Part shown: positions 36,001 through 51,000 of the stretch, one piece after another
Position numbering within the stretch: the first letter of the stretch is position 1
Layout of the letters: every line of letters begins with the position of its first letter
From: Leucoraja erinacea
Taxonomy: Eukaryota
Assembly: GCF_028641065.1 (NCBI RefSeq)
Contig: NC_073398.1
Span: 21,824,001 to 21,888,000 of the forward strand
Direction: 5' to 3'
Length of the DNA: 64,000 bases
The notes under the pieces: model-generated
The model's database searches: none
Seen by the model: the letters and a program-made list of their open reading frames with translations, nothing else
What the model was told of the DNA's origin: nothing
Position numbers and translations under genes: made by a program

Positions 36001-39000
36001 GTTATATGGTATATGGACCAAACACAGGCAGGTGGGACTAGTGAAGCTGGGGCATGTTGGCCGGTGTGGGTAACTTGGGCTGAAGGGCTTGTTTCTTCAC
36101 TGATTCACTCTACGACTATGACTCTATAATGTTACGTCAATGGGTGAACTGTCAAATTGCGAGTGATCTTTTGGAGAATTAGATAGCAACAGTGACACAC
36201 TTCTGGCACCACTGCAGAGGGGCAGCTTTGAAGATTTCATACATTTGCACCACATACGTGCTGGCAAAGATTTATGCCTGAATATCAGCAACCACACATT
36301 CAGAGAGTTACCACGGCCAACAGACCTCTGGAATTGTTTCACCCCTATCTTCCCATCACTTAAGCTACTGGAATGAATTTCTCAATAACCTTAAATGACC
36401 TACAGTGGTAAGAGACTGTGTCTCACCAACATAGGGCAGAAGTAGAAACAGGGAATATCTCAGTGCATTCTTGACATAACACCATAAGATATAGGTGCAG
36501 AATTAGGCCATTTGGCCCATTGAATCCGCCATTCAATCATGCTGATCTATTTTTCCTTCTCAACCCAATGATCGAGACCACAGATATTCTGGGGTACATG
36601 GCTTCAAGATTTTTCTTGGCCACCCGCCCACTCCCACTCAATCTATTTTTTACTGGTGACAATTATTAAAACAGGATAAAAATATTCTCCCAAGAACATG
36701 ATTTTTAATCTCACCTCCCACGATTGAATAGCTGAGTTCATCATCAGGAGAGTCTCCATCCGAGCACTGCAACTGGACAAAGGGGGTGGTGATGGTGGAG
36801 TAGATGGTGCTCTCGTAGTATTCCGGGTTACACACTGGAGGCTCATCGTTCACGTTCTGCAATTCAGTGAGTTAGTTAGTTAGTGTGAGGGGTTGGGTAC
36901 TTTTCGGTGCCGCCATTTTGGCGCCTCCGTTTATAATATCTGTACTCATCAGAACTCTAACCCTAACCCTGACCCTAACCCTACCCCAAAACCCCAATCC
37001 TAACACCCCAAAACCCTAACCCTAACACCTCGAAACTCTAATCCTAACACCCCGAAACCCTAATCATAACACCCCGAAAAGGCGAAACGGTGGTGCCTAA
37101 ACGGCGGCGCCGAATGGTACCATTCCGAGTGTGAACAACTATGGTGAGGTGTGTGTCGATGGTGAAAAACAGAACAAAATAAAATGTAGGTACAGGTGAA
37201 GACAGAAGAATGGAGGAATAAATAAACTGTAGCTGGATATCTGCCAATAGAGGACCTTCAAATCATTTTTAAAGAACTGCCTCATTAAGCCAAAAGCATT
37301 AGTACATTACAGAATGTACCTCAAAGGACAGTGCTTCAGGTCGGGGAGATAGACATTAATAGATTTTCAAAGTACCAATTTTGTTTCACATTGCACAATG
37401 ATTTTTCAGTAAAATCAGAAGGTGCTGAAAATACTCTGGAAGGTCGGGCTATGTGTGGAGAGAGAAACAGATTAAACCCTCGTCAGTGACATTTCAGCAT
37501 AGACACAAAAAGTTGGAGTAACTCAACGGGTCAGGCAGCATCTTCTGGAGAAAAGGAATAGGTGACATTTCAGGTCGAGACCCTTCTTCAGACCCTAAAT
37601 GTCATCTATTCCTTTTCTCCAGAGATGCCGTCTGACCCACTGTGTTACTCCAGCTTTTTGTGTCTATCATCAGTTCTACCATCTGCAGTTCCTTCCTGCA
37701 CCTTTCAGCGTAACTGGGTGGTCGGAACCAGTTCTGACGAAGGGTCACTAACTTGAAATGCTAATGCTGGTTCCCACTTCTCAGATTTTGCCCAAACGGT
37801 GAAATATTTCCAGCACTTTCTTATTTTATTTCAGATTTTCAGTATCTGCAATTTTCAATTTTTTTCAGAGACTTTTAAATTACCAATTTAGTTCATAATC
37901 TTTCTCATCAAAATGGAATCTGCAGTGCAGAATAATTATGTTGAATCACTTTGTGTTTCCAGTTTATCGCTAGAATTTTTTCAAGAAAGTTTCAAGATAT
38001 TGTCAGTCTTTACATAAATATATTTAATGGCGCGACCTAAAATCCTCTCTTATTTTCATATTTCTTTTGTGTTTACATTGTGCTTGGTCTGGGATCAGGC
38101 TGGCTTAGAACTGCCTGAATTAGTGTTCGTCCCCAGAGACCTTGAGAGCAGTGGGAACAAACCAGGTATTCTGGGGCTGATAAGATGGAGGGGGGGTATA
38201 TATGTGTGAGGGTTGCCAGCACCCTTCCCTGAACACCAGCGGTAAATCGTTAGGGAGCCCCAACATGCCAAAAAGTTTGCAGACACTTTCAAAAATGACG
38301 AGATGAAACAAAATGGTGCTGAAATGCTGAGATAAAATCAGAAAATGTTGAGCAGCACACTGCTGGCACAGTGGCTAACACAATGGGCGTACAAGCAAAG
38401 ATCATGGACCTGCTTTAACCCAAATTTCAAGCCTCTCTCCTTGCCAGACATTTTGTAGTTTCATGAATTACTGCTTCTGCCTTTGAACAAATTATCTGGT
38501 ATTGTGAGTTTAAACAGCCATATGTATAATTGATTTGTCCACTGAATAAATGGTTATTTCTTTGATTTATTTTCAAAATGATAATTTGGTGTTTATTGCT
38601 AAACCTTTTTCAGGCATCTGTCATGATCTTGTCCGACCTAGATCCTGCATTTACTGGTGAGGCTACAGATCAAGCCATCGACATCTTTGCAAGATCTTTC
38701 TCTGGGTTTGGGCTTCATTCTGGCTAAACCCGTGGGTGTGAAAGTTTGGAGAACCTCTAATTGTAATTCATTTTCATTTTGCCACTGAGTAAATCATGTA
38801 CACCTTGTCCGTAATAATGGAGTCACTTGGCTGAATTATCAGAGTGCAAATGCCTTGAGGTAGCACTAGATGGCAGTCTAAGAACAGATTATCACAGCAT
38901 CGAACCATTGAATAGACATGTCCTTTTATGATTGAATCTGTGGAGCAGTTTGAATAATAATTGTGGACAAAAAATGGATATTTAAACCTCCTTTCTCTAT

Positions 39001-42000
39001 TTGTATTCATAGAAACATAGAAACAGAAAATAGGTGCAGGAGTAGGCCATTCGGCACTTCAAGCCAACACCGTCATTCAATATGATCAGGCTGATCATTC
39101 AAAATCATTACACCTGTTCCTGCTTTCTCCCCATATCCCTAGTTTAGATCTGTCTCAGCAGTTGATATTTTAATGAATTGGGGACTTAATTCCAGCATTA
39201 GTTTAGTTTAAAGATACAATTTGGAAACAGGACCTTCGACCTATCGAGTCTACGGCAATCATCAATCGCCCGTTCAAATTATGTTCTATGTTACCATCAC
39301 TTTCTCATCCACATCCTACACACTTGTGGCACTTTCCAGAGGCTATTTAACCCACAAACCCACACGCCTTTGGGATGTGGGTGGAAACAGGAGCTCCCAG
39401 AGGAAACCCACGTAGTCACAGGGAGAACGTGCAAACTCCACACAGACAACTGCTGAAATCAGGATCGTACCTAGGTCTCTGGTGCTGTGAAGCAGTAGTT
39501 CTACCAGGTGTGCCACTGTGCTTCACTTGATATTTAGAAAATACAACTAAATATTTTTAAAGCAAAATGGAGGTTTAAGCACGACAAAGCAAGTCAGACA
39601 GAAATGTTCATAAATTGTGTAGGAAGGAACTGCAGGTGCTGGTTTAAACTGAAGATAAACACAAAATGCTGGAATAAATCAGCAGGTCAGGCAGCATCTC
39701 TGGAGAAAAGGAATAGGTGATGCTTCATGTCAAGACTCTTTTTCAGACATATATTCAATCAAAGTTCATATATTCATCTGTTGCAGGATCAAGATGTAAT
39801 TCCTGGATAGGATGATTATGTGGTTGGCCATTGTCGGCAGTGAAATGACAATTGGGCTTAACTGATAATGACAACAGGGCAGCAGCACTGTTTTAGACAG
39901 CTTCTTTGAATTGATTAATGCGTTCTTGTGTTCTGAACCACTTGTTGTAGTGGGGGCAAAAGTTTGTAGCTTATACTTTTCGATACTGCGGGTGCATATT
40001 GAAAGCACAGTGATGAAGTATTCAACTGCAACCCACAAAATCTTTATAATAACCATCTGCCACAACATAAATAAATTGATTGAACAGTATAAAAGTGGAG
40101 TAAATAATTCAGGTTAATTGTTTTAGGTGATTTGCATTGAGTAGCTATAACGCAAGGTTCAGAGTACCACCTTACCAACACATTGACAGTCACTAGGGCT
40201 GAGCTGCTTCTCTGCCTCAGTGGGTCGAGTTGAAGATCATTATTCATGTCTGTTGCTTTGACAGTTAGGATATAAGTCCCTTGCTTTTCACTATCCAAAG
40301 AACTTAGAAGTCTAATCCGACCTGTCAGAGGAAAAAAATACATATACTACTGAGGCAATAAACATTTAAAATGACATCAATAGAATACCGAGCCAAATTG
40401 AAGACAAATAATAGAAATTTATATATTTTTTAATTTCCTCTTTGTGATTTCAGCTTTTAACCTGAGGAAGTGTGAAATAACTAAAGTGAAATGATTGCCT
40501 GGTGATGTCCTTAACTTATTCCTTGAATGCCGTAGAAAATAATAATAATTATTATAAATTGACATGTCACAGTTGCAGAATATTTACCGAAATACTACGT
40601 TAAATTTTATTAAAAAATGCAGCCTTCTGTTTTTGCACAATAGTTTCAGCAAACATGTAGGATGCAGCAAAAATGTCGATCAAAAAGGGTTCTAAATATT
40701 TTTTCTCCTTTTGAGGCTGAGCTGCTGAATTGCATCCACTCCCTTGAACCCGACCAAATTAATACTTAAAGTTATTTTTAATCTACTTGCAGTGAAACCA
40801 AGCTTAAACTTATTCCAGCAGCTAAAACCCTGAAGCAGTCAAACCATGGCATGGATAATCTTGTAATGGCAATAATAAGTGACATATAGCATACAAAAAA
40901 TAGACTGCTTTTCTGAATAGAATGTATAATAGGTTCAATTTACACAAAGCCAGAAAAAGTTGATAAATAGGATCTCTAATGGAAAACATAAAACCCTTAT
41001 AGGTAAGAATTATGAATGGAAATATCAGAATGATTTTGCATTACCCGAGTCGGATTCAATGTAAAACCTAGGTGGGATTTCACTGTTGCCTCCTACAATA
41101 GAATATTTAATCTTGTCCGCCGGAAGGTCACCATCTGTAAACATCGCTGTTCCAATGAGAGCCCCAATAGGGCTGTCTTCAAAGATATTAAATGTTCGAG
41201 ATTGTGACACAGGACTCCTCTCATTCACTGGTGTGACCTTCACTATAACTCTGGCCGTACCTAAGTAAATGGGTCAATTGGTTCATTTTAAGTTCATCAT
41301 GGTATCAACGAATTGATCTTTTGAATAAACAATGTATAAATAGAGATTAACTCACTTGTCAATTGAGGCTTGCCATTATCCGTTATCTTAACAATTATCA
41401 AGTGTTGAAAATGAACAGCAGCGAATGAGCTAACATCATACTGCAGAAGCGAAGACCCGACCTGTAAAGTAACGTAACAAGTGTTGGACACAAAATGCTA
41501 GAGTAACAGGCAGCAGCATGTCTGGAGAGAAGGAATTGGTGACGCTTCGGGTCGAGACCCTTCTTCAGACAATGTTAATGAGGGGGACTCCTTATTTAAG
41601 TCGCTTGTTATCAAAGTAAAGATCCTATAATTTTTCTAGGATAATTTATAACTAGTTTCATCTGATGGTTGTTATCATAAATTAAACAACTTGGTTTCAA
41701 CTAATGCTATGTTTTCCTATCAGTTCAGTAAACCAGGATAGTTTCATTTCCAAGGGATCAAGACATTGTTGTCTCACCATTTGCTGCTCTAATGCAGTAG
41801 ATTTCATGCTGACAACTTCTGTAGACTTTAAGGCTGAGACAATTAGAAGTGTCAAGAATTGAAGGCCCAACAGCCTAAGTAGGAAACTTCGAAGAGTCTC
41901 AACTCGCTTGAAATTGGCAGTTCAGTTGTGTTTCTTCAAGCAGAAATAGTTTTGGGTCATATATTATAACTGCTGCAGAATTTCAATGACCTTATTTATA

Positions 42001-45000
42001 CTTACAGTAATTTCATTTCCACTGATGTTAAACCTTCCTGTTGAATATGAGTCAAGCACCATGCTGTAATTCAAGATATTATTTACTACTGTTCTGTCAT
42101 TATCCCAGCAGTTTAGCGACACAACTGGAGTGCCCTCTGGGGAGGTCTCAGCAAGCTCCATGCTAGGAAATGAAATGTAGTTAAAAGTTAAACCTTCCTA
42201 ATAAACTCGGGTAATAAGATCAACATTGCATCCAACTCAACAATTAACTGAAGGACATTTCAGAATCAGACCTTCAGAGTACAGATGTAAAAAATGTGTG
42301 TCTGGTAGTGGGTAAAGGGACAGCAAGAATCAATAAGAAATAAGATATAGATTTGTAAATATGGAAAGTAAGATAATAGAATCTTTTATTTAAACCCAGA
42401 GAATGATGCAGATGTGGATGTCACAACCATTGGGGAAAGATGGATATTCCAAGTGTGTTTAAGGATGAGTTAAATAGACAAATGAAGGATAAAGGAATAC
42501 TTTGAGTTTAAATGAGTGGAGGGTGGATGGAAACTCAGAGAGAGAGAAGCTCAGACACCAGCTTGGACATTTCAGCACTCTTAATATTTTGCAACAATGC
42601 AATGTTTGTACTCCTTTGGCTGTTTAGAGTGACCTTCAGCATTACCCAAATGTGCAAATGTTTATGTACATAATGCTTATTAAAATCATATCAACATTTT
42701 GGACATGTTGAATATTCTTGGCTGGTGCTCAAAACTGATTTGAAAGCTTCATGTTCATGAAATGGAATATCATATTTGATTTTAAGAAGTCAGAATAAAA
42801 CTCTAAAGATTGACTGGAAATTAAACATTTAGCAGATGTGGTTTAGTCACTATTCTTATCTTAAAAGCTGAATTAGTCTCTGTACTAATTTCTATTTTGT
42901 GTGGTAAAATTTCCATGCAAGTATTACTTCGCCATTATGAGGTTGACTCAATCAGTAATCACCAAATTTATAATGCATGTAACAATAACTAAAACCACCT
43001 TGAACATGAAATGTTAAATCTATTTATCTCTCTGTTAATGCTGCCTGACTATAATCCTAGCTAGAGTGATAAAGTGTGGAAACAGGCCCTTCGGCATAAC
43101 TTGCCCACACCGGCCAAAATGACCCAGCCTCACTAGTCCCTCCTGCCTGCGTTTGGGCCACATGCATACCTGTCCTATCCATGTACCTGTCTAACTTTCT
43201 TAAACGTTTGGATAGTTCCTGCCTGAACTACCTCCTCTGGCACCTTATTCCATACCCCCACCATCCTTTTTGTGAAAAAGTCTTAAACCTATGTCCCCTT
43301 GTCCTCGATTGACCTACTCTGGGAAAGAGATCTGTTGGGTACTTCCAGCATTTTTCGTCTTTATTTCTGATTTCAATAATTTGCAGAATTTTGCCTTTTA
43401 CCATAATTAATCATAGGGAAGAGGAATTCAAAATCAATGAACTGCTTTATCATTAAAAATGGGCATAACCCACCAACTTGAGGGTGAAGCCCACCATTCC
43501 TGCATTGGCAGTCCAGCCATAAGGAGTTTACATTTCTTTCAAAGTAACAAACAGTAATATTTGTGCCAGGGCTCCATTCATGGGTAATGGACACAAAAAG
43601 ATAATAATTTTACAAGAATCTCCATTAATAGATTAAACATTTTGAAAGAGTACCAGCTGCATTTTAACAAGGTTGGATCACCTTAAATTAAACTTGTGGA
43701 TGCTTGTTAATTTCCTATCAGTGATTTGTTATGGCAAATAATGCCTTATTAACAATCTGTAATGCCTTGTTTCAAAATCCACCACTATCTTTTCAAGAAA
43801 GGAGCAGCAGTTTGCTGCTGAGAGAAGTTGAAAGGACGAGGGCAGAGTTTGCTGTGCTGAAGTTAATTCAATAACACTGCAGCTAAGTTATAAAGATTTG
43901 TTGTTCAGTCACATTATCTGGTTCGTTGTTATCACTGCAACAGAGGCTCCAGAAAGACCAAACTTTAATCAATTGGCCTTGGGCTCAGAAGAATTTGAAA
44001 CAGGCCAAGCAGTAAACTGTTGGCCATCCAGAAATTTGTCTCGTGCATTGGAAACACAATCCTCTCAAAAGTGTGAACGATTAGGTCAAAGTTATGCATA
44101 AGGTAAGTTCAGTTTATTCATTGCGAGCTGCATTGGCAAAGAATGCAGACAATTTCAGCATTTGAAGCACCATTTATGTTTGGAAATTCTAAAGAGCAAG
44201 AAATAATATTCTGTCTGAAAGCACTGATATTAAATATATTTCAAAACATAGTTGTATAAGACAAAGTGAGGCTGCACTTTGAGTATTATGTTCCGTTTTG
44301 GTCACCCTGCTATGGGAAGAATGTCGTGAAGCTGGTAAGAGTACAGAGAATATTTACATGGATGTTGCCAGGACTTGAGGGCCTGAGCTATAGGGAGAGT
44401 TTAAGCAGGCTGGGACTATTCCTTGGAGTGCATGAGGTGAGGAGTGATTTTATAGATGTGTATATAAGATGATGAGGGGAATAGACTCTGAATGCACAGT
44501 TTTTTTTCCAGGAGTAGGGGAATTGAGAACCAGAGGATGTGGGTTCACAGTCACAATGTCACAAGGCAATGCATTATGTACCTTCTGCTTTCTTGTCTGA
44601 ATTATTGGTATCTCAGAAACTGAAAGTTGACAGTGCCCTTCTCTCTAGATGAATCAAACAACGTTATGAATAGACAATCGTCTAGCAAAATGCTTTATTC
44701 AATAAAGGGAACTGTTTAAGTTCTTAGTTGAAACAAATGATAATCACAGGGATAATGTGAAGTGATTTGGTATTAGTAACTAGGGCAGGATTGGAGATGG
44801 GTGGTGTTGTCATGCCAGGTTCCATGAAGGAAGAGAAAATATATACATTGTTTTACCTGTGTTAAAATGGATAAAATAACATGTGGTAAGTAAACCAAAC
44901 TATTAATCGGGTGTATTACTAATAGCTTCCAAATACAATTACTCAGCCTGGACATCATAATCCTCGCTGAGGAGCAAGATGGCTCATCTCATAGATGATC

Positions 45001-48000
45001 TGAAAATCACACTTGACAACCTGCACATCTTCATCAACTTTGGACAATATTCCCACTTTGCCTTTAATCCCATAGCAGCGATTTTTAAACCTTAATGGCA
45101 TTGAGATTCCATTTAGTTTTTTTTAATTTAGTTCAGAGATATATGGTGGAAACGGGCCCTTTGGCCCACCATGTCTGTGGCAACCAGCAATCCCTGCATA
45201 TTAACGCACTAGGGACAATTTTTACATTTACCAGACCAATCTACCAACAGACCTGTACGTCTTTGGAATGTGGGAGGAAACTGAAGACCTCGTAGAAAAC
45301 CTACGCAGGTCATGGGGAGAACGTACAAAGTCCGTATGGACAAGCACCTGTAGTCGGGATGGAACCTGGGTCTCTGGCGCTGTATGGAAGCAATTCCACC
45401 ACTGGGTCACTGTGCCACCCTTGGGTGGGTTTATTTTTGCTTGGGTTTTGTTTAATCTTGTCTTTGAACTGGTACTTACATGAAGATGTACCGGGAACAC
45501 TGTGGAGGGTTATCATTGACATCAGCAATATTGATGGTAAGTGTAGAGGTGGAGGAATGCACTCTGTCAGAATCATATGCTCTTATTTCCAATATTGAGG
45601 TAGTGAGTGTATTGATATCATCATAATCTACCAAGGAAGCTATTTTGATCTCGCCAGTGTCTGTTTAAAAGAAAAAAACACAATGGGGAAGAAATAATAC
45701 AATCTCCACTGCAGTGTCAAAGAATGCATTATCGTTTGAAAAGACCAGAGCCTTAATTATGCTATGATGACAGAAGAATTACATGAGCATACAAAACAAT
45801 TAATGGTCTGTCTCATTACATCGCATCAAGGGATAATAAGACATTTTCAGGATTTGGCATTTACATTGTGGAAATACAGACCTTGAATCACGGAGGCAGA
45901 TAAGCCCAGAATTGGCTTGAGTTATTTGTCCAAAATGCAATGCCTATAATCTGACTACCAAATAATAATATTTTAATAGAATTTGCATCTGATGCTTATT
46001 GCCAGGAACACAGTGGTGCAGCTGATAGAGGTACTGCCTCTCGACGCCAGAGATCAGGCTCATTCCTGTCCTTGGGTTCTGAGTGTGTGCTGTTTGCACG
46101 CATGTTTCAGCATGGATTTCCTTTCAGCGTTTTGGTGTCCTCGCACATCCCAAAGACGGCAGGTCTTTAGAGAAGCAGCCCCTTCAGCACACCAAGTGCA
46201 CGCTGACCATGGCCACCCTTACACTAGTTCTATGCTCCACACCAGGGACAATTTACCAAAGGCAATTAACCGACAAACCTGCACGTCTTTGAAATGTGGA
46301 GGAAACTGCAGGAAACCCACGTGGTCACAGGGAGAACGTACAAACTGCATAAAGACAACACACATGGTTGGGATGAAACCCAGGTCTCTGGCACTGTAAA
46401 GAAGCAACTCAACCACTTGCCACTGTGCCACGCTAAGGTCAATAGGTTCATTTGCCACTGTAATTTACGCCTTGGTGCATGGTAGAATCTGGATCAAGTT
46501 GTTGAAAATATGGAGAAAATTAAAAATAGGATTTATGTAGAATGGGTGGCTGATGGTCAGCCCAGATTTGATGGGCTGAAAGGCCTATTTCTGTGCTGTA
46601 TGCATCAATGACTATAATTTTAATAATTTTGTGCCTAGGATCATATATTTGATCATACCATATCAATGTAGAGTGAAAGAGGAAAAAAATCCAATAGTTG
46701 TGATTATCTCTAGCTATCAATAATGTGGAGAAGACAAAGCCCCGAATTTCAGTAAAGATTGGCATCAACTTCAACACAATATCTAAGGTAATAATTCTTG
46801 GATTGTTATCTGGGCTACATGCAAATTGGCTTAAACTAATAGGATCACATTAAGTAATGCATGGTTCATGGTTGAATTTGGCGTTTTGAGGCCATGGACC
46901 TGTTATGGAGTGACGTGGGGCTAACTACCCAACCGCTGTTCCTAATTGGTATATCTACAAGTACACTGAGCCCAGACAACAGTCATGTTAATGATAGACA
47001 ATTAACATTAATGTCACACAAGCTGAATGATCTGAATTTTGATGTGTGATCTAGCTTCTCACAACATTGACTTCAAAGTACATAGGCTTGTGTGCAAGAT
47101 GAGGTGTTCTGAGGCTGCTAAAGCTTTGATCATAATTGAGCCATTTGGCCCATCGAGCCTGCTTCACCATTCGATCATGGCTGATCTTATTTTTCCCACT
47201 CCGCCTATTCAACTGTCTTCTCCCCATAACCGTTGACATCCTGCTAATCAAGAACCTATCAATCTTTGATTTAAAAATACCCAAAGTCCTCTCCTACACA
47301 GCCGTCTGTAGCAATGAATTCCACAGATTTACCACCCTCTGACTAATAAAAAATCTCTTCATCTCCTTTCTAAATATACATCTTTTTATTCTGAGGCTAT
47401 GACCCCCTGGTCCTGGATTCTCCCATTCATGGAAATACCCTCTCCTTATTAATGCGTCAACCTGTAAAATGGGTAGTTTCAGGTCAGTTGGATACTGATC
47501 ATCAAAACATTTGTGTTTGAGGCATCTTGATAGAATTTGCTGCTTTTAACTTGCTGAATTATAGACATCTCATTAGCATCTTTCCGGTTTCCATCACACA
47601 GCATTCAAAAATTCAAAGTGCTGATGGAACTCAGCAGGTCATCTGTGGGGGGACTTCTTCAGACTCTGAAAAGGGCACCAATCTGAAACATCACCTCGCT
47701 ATTTCTCTCTACAGATGCTGCCTGACCTGCCGAGTTCCTCCAGCACTTTGTTTTCCACTCTAGATTCCAGTATCTGCAGTCCCGTGCCTCTATTATTCAA
47801 AGATCAGTCGGGTAATTTTTTATTGTTTAATCCATCGTATTCAAAGCCCATTCCATCCGAATACTGTGCATTTACCTTCTTCAATCAGGAAGCCAGCATG
47901 AGTCTTTACAAATTCATAATAAATGACATCATTTTCATCCTTGTCCGTGGCATTAACTTTTATTAAGAATGTTTTCCAGGGCAGATTCTCATCAATAATG

Positions 48001-51000
48001 AGTGGGTTTGGTGATATTGGCCTTGAAAGACAAAAGATGCAGCTTCATTGTTTTATGCTTGTGCTTGCATGGTTATACCTGCAATCACATTCTCAACATG
48101 CAGCACCCTTGCAACAAGTCCTGTAGAACGTAGGGCTTCAGGATGTCATGGATATCAAGGACCAAAATAAGGAAGAATTGTAATAGTTGACACTTGCCCA
48201 GATGTTAGAAATCTATCATTAGCTCTGTTTCTGAGACTTTTAAAGCCGTTCATAAACAACAACAAATATTTAAGCAAATTTAAATAGCTTTTTAAATAAT
48301 TGAATAGCTTGTTAATTTTTTTTTTGCAATTCATAAAGCAATGTTGGAATGGTTTAAATATATTGTAATCTACTGACTGTTAATAAGTCTTTATAAGTTA
48401 CAAAACTCAGAAATGATTTGCTTGAAATAGCTCCTTTCCATTTGCATCAATAGGGAGAGAAAAGCTCGAACCCTTTTGAAATTGAGTGTAATTTGGATGT
48501 TGGTGAATGAGCTCAGCCTCCTGCTTCTTCTCTCAACTCCACAATGAGTCCAGTGCCATAGTTTAGGCCACGGCTGATGACCAGTCACTGACCACCATTT
48601 CCCAGTTTTGGCCCTAGTTGCTCTCCCAAGGTTACGCCTGTGCCCAGGTATCCCTGGAGAGGGAGCCTGCACTGTCCACTGGCTGTTTGGAGGCTCTCTG
48701 GGACTGCTGAGTGTTACAAGGAGTGGCGTGCATCCTGAACCAGGATAGCAATATTTAAACTTGACGTTTTAATTTAATGTTTATTTGTAAATAATGAATT
48801 GAGAATCGTATGAATATGTATTAAGCATTTAAAAAAACTAACTTTGACCCCACTGTGTTGCTGAAGCTGGGCCAGTGGTTTGCAACTTGGCCAGTGAGCT
48901 GCCCATTGCTATCTGTCTGGATCTGCCTTTCCATCGCATCTCATAGAACATAGCACAAGACAGGCTCTTCGGCCCACATCTCTGTGCCGAACATGATGAT
49001 AAGACCAACTCTTAACTGCCTGCATGTAATCCATTCCCTGCATGTCTGTTCAAAAGTTTTCTTAACACCGTCCTATCTACTTCATCCACCACCACCCCTG
49101 GCACACTACCCTCTGTGTATATATTTTAAAAAAATTAAACCTGCCTGACACACCTCCTTTAAATGTTTCCACCTCACCTAAAAGCTATCTCCTCTAGTAT
49201 TTGACATTTCCATCCTAGAAGAAAAGTTCTGACTGTCTACCCTATCAATGTCTCTCAATTTTACATACTTCTCTCTGGTCTCCCTGCTAATTCCAGAGAA
49301 AACAATCCTAATTTGCCCAACCTCTCCCTGTATCTTATATATCCCCTAATCCAGGCTACCCTAATTCTGGTAAACCTCATGTGCACATTTCTAAAGCCGC
49401 CATATCCTTCCTGTAATGGGGTGACCAGAACTGCATGCAATACACTGAATGCAGCCAAACCAAAGTCCTATAAAGCTGGATCATGACTTTCTGACCCTTG
49501 TACTCAATGCCCCAACCTATGAAAGCTAGCATACTCTATGCCTTCTTTAGCAAATGGTGTGCTTGCTCTCCATACCAACTGGGACTGAAAATGAACATAC
49601 AAAAAGTAAGGGGCCAAAACTGCAGATTGACGTCCTGTTTGGGAAGGTAAAATGAAAATGACTTACAGGAATATTGGTGGCTCATCATTGACATTTTCAA
49701 GGTTAATTGTAACAGAGCCAGTGCAAGACTTGGGGCTGCTCTTTCCAGCTTCAGCAATCTCAATTTCCATCTGAAATCTCTGTTGTTAAAGGAAATGTAA
49801 AGAATATTAGTAGTATTGCATGCAGTTCTGGTCACCCCCTTACAGGAAAGATGCAGAGGGTTTGGAGAGGGTGCAGAGGAGGTTTACCAAAATGCTGCAT
49901 GGTTCAGGTATAGGTTTAGTTACAGGGAGAAGTTGGATAGATGTAATTTTTTTTTCGGGGATGTCTGAGGTTGAGGGGAGACTTGATGGAAGTATATAAA
50001 ATTATGAGAGGCATAGATAGGGTAGATGGTCAGAAGCTTTATCCTAGGGTGGAAATGTCCAACACTAGAGGGATAGCTATAAAGTGGGTTATAAACCACT
50101 ATAAAGGGAAAGTTTAAAGGAGACGTGCAAAGGCAAGTTGTTTTTTTTTTAAACAGTGGGGGCCTGGACAGTATTGTGGTGGATGGTGGTGGAGGCAGAT
50201 ACAGTAGTGGTTTTTAGATAGACATGTAGAAGTGCACGGAATAAAGGGATATGGATCATGTACAAGCAGATGAGATCTGTTTAACTTGGCATTATGTTCG
50301 GCACAAACATTGTGGGCCGAAGGGCCCATTCTTGTGCTGTACTGTTCTATGTTCTAACGAATGGCAATACATTTTGAGAATGGGGCCCTTTACCCAAAGC
50401 TTGGGTCGGCTTCATTGTATATACCAGTGGTGCTTGGAGGTCTCAGATGAGCAGAGGGAATTTTGCTTGAGTAACATACCACTGCGTATCGCTCATGGTA
50501 TCATACATTATGCGCACAGAAGACTTGGAACAAATTTTCCGATTGCAATTCCTGGGCACCAAATATCCAGAGGAGTTCAGGGATTCAGTTTTTCAAATAG
50601 TTCAAAAGAATACAGCACACAAATGTTGCACTGTGATTCTAGATCAATAACTCAACAAGTCTTGTTGAACCAAGATTCAACCAACTTTATCAACAAGTAA
50701 ATTGTGATAACACACAGGATATTGGCAAGCCAGAAAATAGTTTGTTCAGTCATTTACCTTGATGCCAGCTTCATAATCTAAAGGTGAGATGGAAGTTCTT
50801 GAAATCAGTCCACTGCTTGAATCCAGGATGAAGTACTGTGTAGCTCCTGCAGTTGCATCCGTTATAGTGTACTGGGATGTGAAGTTGAGTGATATCATTA
50901 GTTTACAAAAGCAATCTGGATTGACGGTTTGTTTCAGTATTCTAGGGTTGGGCATGCAACCATTGCAGCTATCTGAGTGGAATTGGGATCTTAGTGCTGT

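Noticed and set aside
36957-37075. True telomere or chromosome-fusion scar
   Set aside because: The repeats are short, degenerate, in one orientation and enclosed by TIRs.
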